64,000 bases of DNA from Spirochaetia bacterium. Lineage in GTDB: Bacteria; Spirochaetota; Spirochaetia; SZUA-6; Bin103. The notes under the pieces are model-generated. The model was not told the origin of the DNA, did no database searches, and worked only from the letters and a program-made list of their open reading frames with translations. The translations under genes were made by a program, and so were the position numbers. The DNA is taken from assembly GCA_965208575.1 (NCBI GenBank), contig CBDBOV010000003.1, positions 544,001 to 608,000 of the forward strand. The letters are read 5' to 3'. Below are positions 48,996 to 58,507 of this stretch, piece by piece. The first letter of the stretch is position 1. Every line of letters begins with the position of its first letter.

Positions 48996-50516
48996 CTACT
49001 CGACCGCCTGTAGGCGGCCCTCCACGACGGGGGCGACGGAGCCGCGGGCGGCGATGTAGTCGATGACCTGGCTGGCCATCAGGGTGCCGGCGTTGGCGTC
49101 CACGAGGCGCACCTGGTCTTCGAGCACGTCGTAGCCGTCGCCGCCGCCGGCCATGTAGTCGTTGGTGGCCAGGGTGTAGGTGGCGTCCAGGTCGAGCGCG
49201 GCGCCGTCGCGGGTCACCGCCAGCACGCGGTCGCCGGCCGCCCGCCCGGCGTCGAAGCGCACGGCCAGTCCGGCGACGTGCGGGAAGCGGCCGGCGCCGT
49301 CCTCGATCTTGCTGAAGCCGTTCTCCAGCGCCGCGACGATGTCGTGGCCGGTCATTTCCAGCACCACGGTCTTGTTGCCGAACGGCAGCTCGCTCAGGAT
49401 GTCGCGCCGGGTCAGCGTGGTACCGGGCTCGTAGATCCGGTTGGCGCGGATGCCGCCGCCGTTGGTCAGCGCGATGTCCGCGCCGGTTGCCGCCCGCATG
49501 GCGTCGGCGATCAGGTTGGCGATGGCCGCCTCCTTGCCGCGGATCGTCTCCCGGCGGCTGTCGAGCTCGGTTGCGGTGGTGCCGATCTCGACGTCGAGTT
49601 CCTCGGACAACTGGTCGAGGTAGACCTGGGCGGCCGCGGCCAACTCCGCGTCCGGCGCCACGCGCGCGGTGTTGATGATCCGGAACGCGGGGCTCCAGGT
49701 AAAGCGCATGCTGCCGCGCCGCTCCACTTCGTCCAGCGTAAGGTCGATCACCGTTACCCAGTCCGCCTGCTCGCCCGATTCGGCGAACAGCGTGTCGCCG
49801 TTGAAGTCGACGCGCAACTGGTGGTCGTCGCCGCTCAGCAGCAGGTCCACCGCGCCCTGCCGCAGCAGCGCGCGGTCCTCCGAGGTGTCGGTGTGCGCGA
49901 GCGCGATCACCAGCTCGGCGCCCGCCTCGCGCAGCGCCGCACTCTGCTCCGCGGCAACCTCCTCGACGTCCCGGAAGGTGACCGAGCCGGGGCTCGACTT
50001 GACCGCGGTGCCGAGCGTGGTGAGTCCGAATATGCCCACCTGGAACGGGCCGACGTCGACCAGGATCGACTCCTGCGCGCCGTCGATGATCTCGCCGTCG
50101 CTGTCGATGTTGTTGGCGCCGAGCATCGGGAAGTCGGCTTCCGCGATGCGTTCCATGGCGACCGCCGGGCCGAAATCGTACTCGTGGTTGCCGATCGCCA
50201 TGGCGGTGAGGTCGAGCTGGTTGAGCAGTTCGATCATGTGCGCGCCCTGGTCGAAGCCGGACATCAGCGACGGCGAGATGGCGTCGCCGGCAAAGGTGAC
50301 GATCACGTTGTCGTGCATGGCCCGTTCTGCCTTGATTACCGCCGCCAGCCGCGCCACGCCGCCCTGGCCGCCGCTCTCTTCCATGCGGTCCAGGTCGTTG
50401 AAGTGCACGATGGTCAGTTCGACCGGCGCGGCGAACAGGTGGCCGGCAGTCAAGAGCAGGGCGGCCAGTGCGGCAGCCGCTACCGCTCGCGGTCTCTTCG
50501 CTACAGTGGTGTTCAC
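48996..50516 (-). CDS. Secreted bifunctional metallophosphatase/5'-nucleotidase (UshA-like)
   Basis: Signal peptide; HFND, AGD, GNHEYD, NGGGIR, GGDGY. Confidence 0.9.
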   Translation of the reverse strand: MNTTVAKRPRAVAAAALAALLLTAGHLFAAPVELTIVHFNDLDRMEESGGQGGVARLAAVIKAERAMHDNVIVTFAGDAISPSLMSGFDQGAHMIELLNQLDLTAMAIGNHEYDFGPAVAMERIAEADFPMLGANNIDSDGEIIDGAQESILVDVGPFQVGIFGLTTLGTAVKSSPGSVTFRDVEEVAAEQSAALREAGAELVIALAHTDTSEDRALLRQGAVDLLLSGDDHQLRVDFNGDTLFAESGEQADWVTVIDLTLDEVERRGSMRFTWSPAFRIINTARVAPDAELAAAAQVYLDQLSEELDVEIGTTATELDSRRETIRGKEAAIANLIADAMRAATGADIALTNGGGIRANRIYEPGTTLTRRDILSELPFGNKTVVLEMTGHDIVAALENGFSKIEDGAGRFPHVAGLAVRFDAGRAAGDRVLAVTRDGAALDLDATYTLATNDYMAGGGDGYDVLEDQVRLVDANAGTLMASQVIDYIAARGSVAPVVEGRLQAVE

Positions 50517-50663
50517 GTGGTGAGTCCTCCGTGTTGGTTGGTGGGTCGGGATGATTGGAATCTAATGATTTCCGAGGTCGATCCGCAACAACTTCGACCG
50601 AGCCCCTCCCCGCGTGAGCCGGCGATGACCGGCGGGTGAGTGTTGCGCCGGCGCGGCGGGTCG

Positions 50664-51470
50664 TCAGGAGCCTGAGCGGTTGGATTGCCGCGGGCGGCGC
50701 AAGCGGGTGACGGCGAACAGCAGCAGGGCGGCGACCACGATCGAGGGGCCGGAGGGCGTGTCGAGCCGCGCCGACGCGAACAGGCCGCCGGCGATGGCGA
50801 GGACGCCGGCCGCGGCGGCGAGCAGGGCCATCTGCTCCGGGTTGACGGCGAAGCGGCGCGCGGTCGCGGGCGGGATGACCAGCAGCGCCACGATCAGCAG
50901 GATGCCGACGATCTTGATCGCCACCGCGATCACGGTGGCCATCAGCAGGCCGAAGACGAGGCGCGTCCGCTCCGGCCGCAGCCCGGCCACGGTGGCCAGG
51001 TCGACGTTGACGGTGGCGGCCAGCAGCGGCCGCCAGATCCGCGCCAGCACCGCCAGCACCAGCATGCCGCCGCCCCAGATCAGGGCCAGGTCGGTGCGCG
51101 ATACGGCGAGGATGTCGCCGAACAGCAGCGCCTGCAGGTCAATGCGGATGTTGGGAAAGAACGCCATGATCACCAGCCCGGTGGCCAGGCCGCCGCGCGC
51201 GAGCAGGCCGAGCACGGTGTCCGCCGGCAGCGTGCCGCGTCCCTGCAGGTAGAACATCAGCAAGGTGACCAGGCACGCCGACGCGAAGATGCCCAGCACC
51301 AGGTCGATCTGCAGCACCAGGGCGAGCACCACGCCCAGCAGTGCCGAGTGGGCGATGGTCTCACCGAAGTAGGCCAGGTGGCGCCACACGACGAAGCAGC
51401 CGGCCGGCCCGGTGACCAGCGCGAGTCCGACGCCGGCGAGCAGCGCGCGCAGGAGGAAGTCGTCCAGCAC
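50664..51470 (-). CDS. znuB: Zinc ABC transporter permease
   Basis: DFLLRALLAG..GCFVVWR..AHSALLG..DTPSGPSIV. Confidence 0.9.
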   Translation of the reverse strand: MLDDFLLRALLAGVGLALVTGPAGCFVVWRHLAYFGETIAHSALLGVVLALVLQIDLVLGIFASACLVTLLMFYLQGRGTLPADTVLGLLARGGLATGLVIMAFFPNIRIDLQALLFGDILAVSRTDLALIWGGGMLVLAVLARIWRPLLAATVNVDLATVAGLRPERTRLVFGLLMATVIAVAIKIVGILLIVALLVIPPATARRFAVNPEQMALLAAAAGVLAIAGGLFASARLDTPSGPSIVVAALLLFAVTRLRRPRQSNRSGS

Positions 51471-51474
51471 CGCT

Positions 51475-52176
51475 TCAGTCCGCCCTCGGGCGCGCTTCAC
51501 CGACGCTCACCGGCTCAGCCGCGGCCTCGCCGGACGGCGGGTGGTCGTGTTCGTGCGGCAGCAGCACCACCACGTCGCAGTCGCTGTTCATGACCATCTG
51601 CAGGTCGTGCGAGATCAGCAGAATCCCGCAGCCCAGGTCGTTGCGGATGCCCTCGACCAACTCGTGGAGCACGCCGGCGCCGGCCAGGTCCACGCCTTGG
51701 GCGGGTTCGTCGAGCACCAGAAAGTCGGGCCGGTGGATCAGTGCGCGGGCCAGCAGCAGGCGCTGCAGCTCGCCGCCCGACAGGGAGGTGACCGGCGGGT
51801 CGCCGAGCCGCTCCAGGCCCACGGCGGCCAGCGCGGCGTCGATCTCCCGCGCCGCGAAGCGACCGGTCAGTTTCATCAGCCGGCGCAGGCTCAGCGGCAA
51901 GGTGTGGCTCACCGCCAGCCGCTGCGGAACGTAGCCCACCGCCAACCCGGGAGCCCGCTCGATTGTCCCCTCGTCGATGTCGATCAAGCCGAGGATCGCC
52001 TTCGCGCAGGTCGACTTGCCGGCTCCGTTGGCGCCGATCAGGTAGACCAGTTCGCCGCGCGGCACCTGCAGGTCGACGTGGCGGATCAGCCAGCGTTCGC
52101 CGCGCCGCACGCCGATGTCATGCGCCGCTACCAGTGCCACAGCACCGGAGGAACCGGTCTTGGTTGCGTTGATCAT
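51475..52176 (-). CDS. znuC: Zinc ABC transporter ATPase
   Basis: GANGAGKS, YVPQ, LSGGELQR, LDEPAQGVD, His-containing tail. Confidence 0.9.
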   Translation of the reverse strand: MINATKTGSSGAVALVAAHDIGVRRGERWLIRHVDLQVPRGELVYLIGANGAGKSTCAKAILGLIDIDEGTIERAPGLAVGYVPQRLAVSHTLPLSLRRLMKLTGRFAAREIDAALAAVGLERLGDPPVTSLSGGELQRLLLARALIHRPDFLVLDEPAQGVDLAGAGVLHELVEGIRNDLGCGILLISHDLQMVMNSDCDVVVLLPHEHDHPPSGEAAAEPVSVGEARPRAD

Positions 52177-52203
52177 TTGACGCCGTCGCTTCTTTTTCTT
52201 AAT

Positions 52204-52224
52204 TGTTCCAGGGATCAAGGAACA
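52204..52224. promoter_or_regulatory. Inverted repeat TGTTCC-N9-GGAACA in the divergent znuC/znuA promoter; candidate metal-regulator site
   Basis: Palindrome in a 60-bp intergenic region. Confidence 0.35.
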
Positions 52225-52236
52225 CGGATAGGAGCA

Positions 52237-53268
52237 ATGTATACAAGGTATAAACGATTCCTGGTATTGGCGCTCGGTTTCGCGGGATTCACGATAGCCG
52301 CGCCGGGGGCATTCGCCGCGGGAGATGGAGAAGCGGACGGCGACGGGTTTCCCGTGGTGGCCTCGATCAAGCCGGTGCACTCGCTGGTGAGTGCCGTCAT
52401 GGCGGGCGTGGCCGAGCCGCACCTGGTCATTCGCGGGGCGCAGTCGCCGCACACCTTCAGCATGCGTCCCTCCGACGCCGCGGCGTTGTCCAAGGCCCGG
52501 GTGATCTTCCTGATCGACGAACACAAGGAGGTCGCGTTGGCCGGTCCCATCGGCAACCTCGGGGACGATGCCCTGGTGGTGCGGTTGGCCGGCTCGCAGG
52601 GCCTGCACCTGTTGCCGTTGCGCGAGGGCGGGGCGTTCGAGGAGCACGATCATGAAGAGGCGGACCACGAGCACGACATGAACGGGGACGACCAGCATCA
52701 TGACGATGGCCACGGCCACAAGCATGGCCATCATCACGAGCACGGCGACGTCGACTTTCACGTCTGGCTGGATCCCGAGAACGCCGTGCTGATGACCTAC
52801 GAGATCATCGAGGCGCTGTCGCTGGCCGATCCCGACAACGCCGCAACCTACGAGAGCAACGGGTATGCGCTGATCGACCGCCTGGACGAGTTGATCGCCG
52901 AGCTCGACGCCGAGCTGGCCCCGATTCGCGACAAGCCGTTCATCGTCCTGCACGACGCCTATCGCTACTTCGAGCAACGCTTCGACCTGAACGCCGCCGG
53001 CTCCATTACCGTCAACCCGGAACGGGCGCCGGGCGCGCAACGGATCGCGGAGATTCGCGACAAGGTTCGCGAGCTCGGCGGCGTGTGCGTATTCTCCGAG
53101 CCGCAATTCGACTCGCGCGTCATCGACGTGGTCACCGAGGGCACGGCCGCGGACGCCGGTATCGTGGATCCGCTCGGCGCCGAGATCGAGGATGGACCGG
53201 AGCTCTACTTCACGCTGCTGCGCAACCTCGCGGCGTCGTTCAAGGCGTGCATGTCGGGCATCGGATAG
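52237..53268 (+). CDS. znuA: Zinc ABC transporter substrate-binding protein
   Basis: VVASIKPVHSLV, SPH, His/Asp-rich loop, HVWLDP, HDAY. Confidence 0.92.
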   Translation: MYTRYKRFLVLALGFAGFTIAAPGAFAAGDGEADGDGFPVVASIKPVHSLVSAVMAGVAEPHLVIRGAQSPHTFSMRPSDAAALSKARVIFLIDEHKEVALAGPIGNLGDDALVVRLAGSQGLHLLPLREGGAFEEHDHEEADHEHDMNGDDQHHDDGHGHKHGHHHEHGDVDFHVWLDPENAVLMTYEIIEALSLADPDNAATYESNGYALIDRLDELIAELDAELAPIRDKPFIVLHDAYRYFEQRFDLNAAGSITVNPERAPGAQRIAEIRDKVRELGGVCVFSEPQFDSRVIDVVTEGTAADAGIVDPLGAEIEDGPELYFTLLRNLAASFKACMSGIG

Positions 53269-53301
53269 CGCCGCCGCGCGGCCGGCCCGCGGCTTCGGCG
53301 G

Positions 53302-53649
53302 TCAACTGCCGCGGTAGGTGGTGTAACTCCACGGCGAAACGAGCAGAGGCACGTGATAGTGGGCGTCGGCGGCCATGCCGAACGCGACCGTGACCTGATC
53401 CAGGAACGGCGGCTCGGGCAGCGTCAGTCCCGCGCCCGCGAAGTATTCACCCACGTGGAACACCAGTTCCCACCGCCCGGTGCGGAACGCTGCGCCCTGC
53501 AGCAGCGGCGCGGCGCAGCGCCCGTCGTCGTTGGTGCGCGCGGTCGCGATCAGGCGGCGGTCGGCGCCGGCGGCATACAGCTCTACCCGGATGCCCGCCC
53601 CCGGCCTGCCCTGTGCGGTGTCCAGCACGTGGGTGGTGAGCATGCCCAT
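53302..53649 (-). CDS. uraH: 5-hydroxyisourate hydrolase
   Basis: LTTHVLD, HYHVPLL, C-terminal YRGS. Confidence 0.95.
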   Translation of the reverse strand: MGMLTTHVLDTAQGRPGAGIRVELYAAGADRRLIATARTNDDGRCAAPLLQGAAFRTGRWELVFHVGEYFAGAGLTLPEPPFLDQVTVAFGMAADAHYHVPLLVSPWSYTTYRGS

Positions 53650-54500
53650 CACTGTCTCCTCATGGTGGCTTCGATCTGCCCGTTCGGCTCGTCGGTGGGC
53701 AGGAACAGGCACCCGGCCGCGTCGCGCCCGAACGCGGACAGGTCGATCGGCAGGTAGTGCACGTTGGGCATCGCCAGGGTGATCTCACAGATGCCGGGGG
53801 CGGCGGCCAGGGCCGCCTCTCCCATGCGGTACATGCTGTCCTGCACCGAGTAGCTGTAGCTGGAGGCGAACACCCCGAGCAGGGCGGCACGGATGGCGCC
53901 GGCGGCCGCCGCGTAGTCGGGCGGCTGGTCGGGACCGGCATTCGCGAAGCGCCAGGTCGCGCACATCCGGGTGGCCAGGATGCGGTCGGTAGTGGCCGGC
54001 AGCGTGGTGTACTCATCCTGCACGTAGTCGACGAAACCCGACCCGGTGGTCTTCATGATCGCCAGGTCGCGCACGCCGGCCACCACCTCGCGCGCCGATC
54101 GCGTCACCGTGGCGCGGGCGAACGGGGTGCCGCTCTCGGAGTGGACGAAGCCGTGGTCGTGCGGCTCGCCGGCGATCCGCATGCGGCTCCACACGGTCTC
54201 CTCGATCTCCACGCGCGCCTCCGCCACCTGCCGGTAGCGATCGAGCAGACACTCGGCAATGGCCAGCGCAAACGGTTCGTTGGCGGCATCCAGGTGCTCC
54301 AGGGCGAGCACGTTGACCAGGTTCTTCATCGTGTCGGTGGGCACCACCAGGCTGTTGTCGGCCGCCGTGTAGGCGCGCGCGAAGTCGCCGTCCACGGACA
54401 CCTCGACCCGCGCCTCGCGCACTTCGTGGCGGGCCGCCGCGCGCAGCACCCGCAGCACCCGCACGTTCGCCTTGCCATACCGCTGTCTTGCAAATGCCAT
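53649..54500 (-). CDS. pucL: Urate oxidase (uricase)
   Basis: YGK, PTDTMKN, KTTGSGF, SVQ, MPNVH, P.DEP.G.I. Confidence 0.92.
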   Translation of the reverse strand: MAFARQRYGKANVRVLRVLRAAARHEVREARVEVSVDGDFARAYTAADNSLVVPTDTMKNLVNVLALEHLDAANEPFALAIAECLLDRYRQVAEARVEIEETVWSRMRIAGEPHDHGFVHSESGTPFARATVTRSAREVVAGVRDLAIMKTTGSGFVDYVQDEYTTLPATTDRILATRMCATWRFANAGPDQPPDYAAAAGAIRAALLGVFASSYSYSVQDSMYRMGEAALAAAPGICEITLAMPNVHYLPIDLSAFGRDAAGCLFLPTDEPNGQIEATMRRQ

Positions 54501-54521
54501 TCGAGATCCTTCCTTCGGAAC

Positions 54522-56354
54522 CTAATTGATTACCGGGATGTGGGCGAAGCGGGAGACGTCGACCAGGCCGAGATCGGAGATGCGCAGCTCCGGGATCACC
54601 ACCAGGGCGAGCAGGCTGAGCTGCATGTAGCCGTTGTTGAGGGTGCAGCCGCAGTCGCGCATCGCCCGCATTACCCGCGCCGACTTGTCGGCCACCACCT
54701 CCGCCCGCTCACCGGACATCAGGCCGCCGACCGGCAGCTCCACGAGGGCGGCCACCTCGCCGCCGCGCACCACCACCACCCCGCCGCCGGCGCCGGCGAG
54801 GGTGTTCGCCGCCCGTGCCATCGACTCGGCCTCCGTACCGACGACCAGCAGGTGGTGGCTGTCGTGGGCCACGGTCGAGGCCACCGCGCAATCGCTTTCG
54901 AACCCGAAGCCGTGCACGAAGCCGTTCACCACCGCGCCGCTGCCCCGGTGGCGTTCCACCAGGGCCAGCGGCAGCACGTCGTTGGCACGGTCCGGCTGAA
55001 CCGCGCCGCCGGCCACGGACAGTTCCGCGGTCAGGCGGCGGGTGGGCGCCTGGTTCTCCAGTACGCCGATCACGTTGGCGGTTACCGTCCCGTGCGCCCC
55101 GCCGGCCGGTACGGCGAAGTCGCCGGCCGTCAGCGGGCGAGGGATGTGCACCGATTGCCGGAAGCGTTCCTCGTGCGCCCACGAGGGCAGGTCCAGCAGC
55201 AGCCGGCCCGCCTCGGCCGCCACCTCGCCGCCGGTGATCACCATGCCGGCGGTGAACTCCTCCAGGCTGTCGGCGACCACGATGTCGGCGCAGCGTCCCG
55301 GCGCCAGGCAGCCGAGGTCGCGCTCCACGCCGAAGTGCTCGGCGGTGTTGATGGTCATCATCTGCAGCGCCACCAGCGGATCGCAGCCCAGTTCGACCGC
55401 GTGGCGCAGCACCCGGTCCATGTGCCCTTCCCGCACCAGGGTGGCGGCGTGCACGTCGTCCGTGCACAGGATGAACCGGCGCGGGTCCAGGCCGTGCTCG
55501 GTGACGGCGGTGATCTGCGCGGCCACGTCGTGCCAGGCTGAGCCGAACCGCAGCATCGGGCGCAGGCCGCGGCGGGCGCGCTCGACGGCGTCCACCTCGC
55601 GCGTGTTCTCGTGATCGTCGGCCGGGCCGCCGGCCAAGTAGGCGTGGAAGCCGCGGCCCAGGTCGGGGCTCGCGTAGTGGCCGCCCACCGTCTTGCCGGC
55701 GCGCATGGTGGCCGCCACCTCGGCGTGCATCTGCGGGTCGTTGCCGGCCAGGCCGGGGAAATTCATCATCTCGCCGAGGCCGATCACGCCGGGCCAGCTC
55801 ATCGCCTCCTGCACCTCGCGCGCCGTAATGCGCGCCCCGGGCGTCTCCAGGCCGGGCGCCGACGGCACGCAGGAGGGTATCTGCAGGAACACGTTGATCG
55901 GCATCGCGGCGGCCTCGGCGGCCATCATGCGCACGCCGTCGAGGCCGAACACGTTGGCGATTTCATGCGGGTCGGCGAAGATCGCCGTGGTGCCATGCGG
56001 CAGCACCGCGCGCACGTACTCGGTAATCGTGCACATGCTGCTTTCGACGTGCATGTGGGCGTCGGCCAGTCCGGGCACCAGGAAGCGTCCCTCCGCCTCG
56101 ATCACCCGCGTGCCGGCGCCGGTGCAGTACGACGCGTCCGCCACGATGCAGGCGATACGCCCGCTGCTGACGGCCATGTCGATGCCGGTCACCACCTCGC
56201 GGGTCAGCACGTTGACCCAGCGGCCGTTGCGAATCACCAGCTCGGCCGGCTCCCTCCCGGCGGCCACGTCCACCAGCCGGGTGGCTACCTCGTGCCACGG
56301 TCTGCGCTGCCGCATTGTTGGAACGATTGTACCCGGAACACGGTCGCGAGGCAT
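54522..56354 (-). CDS. ade: Adenine deaminase
   Basis: HMHVESS, DPHEIANV, EMMNFP, CTDD, AHDSH. Confidence 0.92.
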   Translation of the reverse strand: MPRDRVPGTIVPTMRQRRPWHEVATRLVDVAAGREPAELVIRNGRWVNVLTREVVTGIDMAVSSGRIACIVADASYCTGAGTRVIEAEGRFLVPGLADAHMHVESSMCTITEYVRAVLPHGTTAIFADPHEIANVFGLDGVRMMAAEAAAMPINVFLQIPSCVPSAPGLETPGARITAREVQEAMSWPGVIGLGEMMNFPGLAGNDPQMHAEVAATMRAGKTVGGHYASPDLGRGFHAYLAGGPADDHENTREVDAVERARRGLRPMLRFGSAWHDVAAQITAVTEHGLDPRRFILCTDDVHAATLVREGHMDRVLRHAVELGCDPLVALQMMTINTAEHFGVERDLGCLAPGRCADIVVADSLEEFTAGMVITGGEVAAEAGRLLLDLPSWAHEERFRQSVHIPRPLTAGDFAVPAGGAHGTVTANVIGVLENQAPTRRLTAELSVAGGAVQPDRANDVLPLALVERHRGSGAVVNGFVHGFGFESDCAVASTVAHDSHHLLVVGTEAESMARAANTLAGAGGGVVVVRGGEVAALVELPVGGLMSGERAEVVADKSARVMRAMRDCGCTLNNGYMQLSLLALVVIPELRISDLGLVDVSRFAHIPVIN

Positions 56355-56388
56355 GGCGCGGCGTACCTAGCGCCTCGAGGCTGCGAAG

Positions 56389-57777
56389 CTAAGCGTGCAC
56401 CGGGGCCATCAGCGACGGTTCCGCAGCCAGTACCGCCCGGTCGAACTTCCCGTTGGCGCCTGGCCTTGTCCACACCCGCCGGCCGGCGACGTAGGTGGCG
56501 CGTACCGCCCGGTCGTCGCCCAGGATGGCCAGCGCGAACAGGGTGTCTTCCAGTTGCCTCGACAACGGCTGGCGTTCCTGCAGCACCGGAGTCGCGGCCG
56601 GATCGAGCACCACCAGGTCGGCCCAGCGGCCCGGCTCGAGACAGCCTATTTCGTCTGCGAGCCCGAGTTGTACGGCGTTGCCGCGGGTGGCGAGGTGAAA
56701 CAGGTCGTGGGCTGCGAGCGTGTGGCCGTGCAGCATCGCCACCTTGTAGGCCTCGCCCATGGTGTGCAGCATCGAGTAGCTGGTGCCGCCGGCGATGTCG
56801 GTGGCGATGCCGATGCCCACCGGGCGCCCGGCGTCCCGGAGGCGGCCGATGTCGAACAGGCCGGAGCCGAGGAAGGTGTTGGAGGTGGGGCAGTGCACGA
56901 CGGTGGCGCCCGCCTGCGACAGCCGCGCGCACTCCCGCTCCGACAGGTGGATGCCGTGGGCGAGCAGGCTGTGCGGGCCGATCAGACCGCAGCGGTCGTA
57001 GACGTCGGTGTAGTCGCACGCCCACGGGAAGTCTTGCCGCACCGCGGCGATCTCGCGCTCGCTCTCCGCGAGGTGGGTGTGCACGTGGCAGTCCCGGTAG
57101 CGTGCGGCAAGCGCGCCGGCCGCACGAAGCTGCTCCTCGCTGGAGGTGACGGCGAAACGCACCGTGATGGCGTAGCGCAGGCGCCCGCGGCGGTGCCAGC
57201 GTTCGATCAGCTCCGCGCTGTCGCGCACACCGGTGGCGGGATCGTCGCGCAGGGCGTCCGGTGCGTTGCGGTCCATCATCGTCTTGCCGGTCACCAATGC
57301 CATGCCGCGCCGCTCCGCCGCCGCCAGCAGGATCTCGGTGGCCTGGCGGTGGACCGTGGAGAACACCACGGCCGCGGTGGTGCCGTGCCGGAGCAGGCGG
57401 TCCAGGAACACCTCGGCCGCGGCGCTCGCATACGCCGGCGCGGCGTAGCGGCTCTCCTCGGGGAAGGTGAACCGCCTCAGCCAGTCGAGCAGGTCGCGGC
57501 CCGGCGCGGCGAGCATGCGGTGCTGGGGATAGTGCGTGTGGGCATCGATGAATCCCGGCAGCAGCAGCGCCGTACCGTGGTCGTCCTTCGGCAGCGAGCG
57601 GAACCGGGCCGGCAACCGCGCGGCGGGGCCGCGCCACGCGATGCGGCCGTCGCCGTCGACGGCCACGGCGCCGCGCAGGTGGTGGAGCACGGCGCGCTCC
57701 GGTGCGACGCGCGCGGGGTCGTCGCGGTAGGTGAGCAGCGCGCCGCACACTACCCGCCCCCGGCACGGCACGCTCAC
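56389..57777 (-). CDS. guaD: Guanine deaminase
   Basis: PGFIDAHTHYPQ, HTHLAE, HCPTSN.FLGSG, TDIAGG; GTGA overlap with uraD. Confidence 0.92.
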   Translation of the reverse strand: MSVPCRGRVVCGALLTYRDDPARVAPERAVLHHLRGAVAVDGDGRIAWRGPAARLPARFRSLPKDDHGTALLLPGFIDAHTHYPQHRMLAAPGRDLLDWLRRFTFPEESRYAAPAYASAAAEVFLDRLLRHGTTAAVVFSTVHRQATEILLAAAERRGMALVTGKTMMDRNAPDALRDDPATGVRDSAELIERWHRRGRLRYAITVRFAVTSSEEQLRAAGALAARYRDCHVHTHLAESEREIAAVRQDFPWACDYTDVYDRCGLIGPHSLLAHGIHLSERECARLSQAGATVVHCPTSNTFLGSGLFDIGRLRDAGRPVGIGIATDIAGGTSYSMLHTMGEAYKVAMLHGHTLAAHDLFHLATRGNAVQLGLADEIGCLEPGRWADLVVLDPAATPVLQERQPLSRQLEDTLFALAILGDDRAVRATYVAGRRVWTRPGANGKFDRAVLAAEPSLMAPVHA

Positions 57778-58298
57778 GACGCCACCCGGTCTTCGAGCCG
57801 GAACCGCAGGATGCGTTCCACGTTGGCCAGCGCCAGGGCGCGCTCGGTCGCGGCCGGGTTGGCGATCCGTTCTGCGAATGCGTTCAAGATATTCTCCTTG
57901 GTCGCTCCCTTGACCGCGAAGATGAATGGAAACCCGAATCGTTCGCGGTAGCGGGTGTTGAGGCCGCCGAAGCGGGTGAACTCGGCGGGCGTGAGCCGGT
58001 CGAGGCCGGCGCCGGCCTGCTCGCGCCGCGACTCGGCGGCGAGGTCGTCGCCGGCAATCGCCGCCCGGTCCGCCAGGTCGGGATGAGCACGCAGCAGGGC
58101 GAGCTGGGCGTCCGGCGCCGCGCCGCGCACCGCTGCCGTGAACGCGGCGACCAGCGCCGTGCGGTCGGCGAAGGGGCGCGCGTGGAACGCGGCCTCCGCC
58201 ACCCACGGCGAGTGTTCCGCGACATCGCCGAAATGGGCGATGAACGCCGCCTCGCACAGAGCGTTGACGGCGTCGATCGACAAGGATGTGGCTTGCAT
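57774..58298 (-). CDS. uraD: OHCU decarboxylase
   Basis: EHSPWVA, AHPDL, S.REQAGAGL, Y.ERFGFPFI. Confidence 0.92.
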   Translation of the reverse strand: MQATSLSIDAVNALCEAAFIAHFGDVAEHSPWVAEAAFHARPFADRTALVAAFTAAVRGAAPDAQLALLRAHPDLADRAAIAGDDLAAESRREQAGAGLDRLTPAEFTRFGGLNTRYRERFGFPFIFAVKGATKENILNAFAERIANPAATERALALANVERILRFRLEDRVAS

Positions 58299-58358
58299 GC
58301 TTCCTGTTTGTTTATCGACACGGCGCGCCCGCGAGCCGAGGCGGAGCCGCCGAGGGCT

Positions 58359-58385
58359 GTGCGCGAAGTGCGCGAAGTGCGCGAC
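58359..58385. repeat. Three tandem 9-mers GTGCGCGA(A/C) in the divergent uraD/ABC intergenic region
   Basis: Seen directly in the sequence. Confidence 0.7.
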
Positions 58386-58507
58386 GAGCGTCGCTTGACG
58401 AGCGTTCCCGCTGTGGCGCAACCTGACAGGGCGTCCGGCGACCCTCGGCGCATCCGGCAGCCGCATGCGGGCCGAAATGCGCCGATCGGCTGGGGCTGGC
58501 GCGTAGC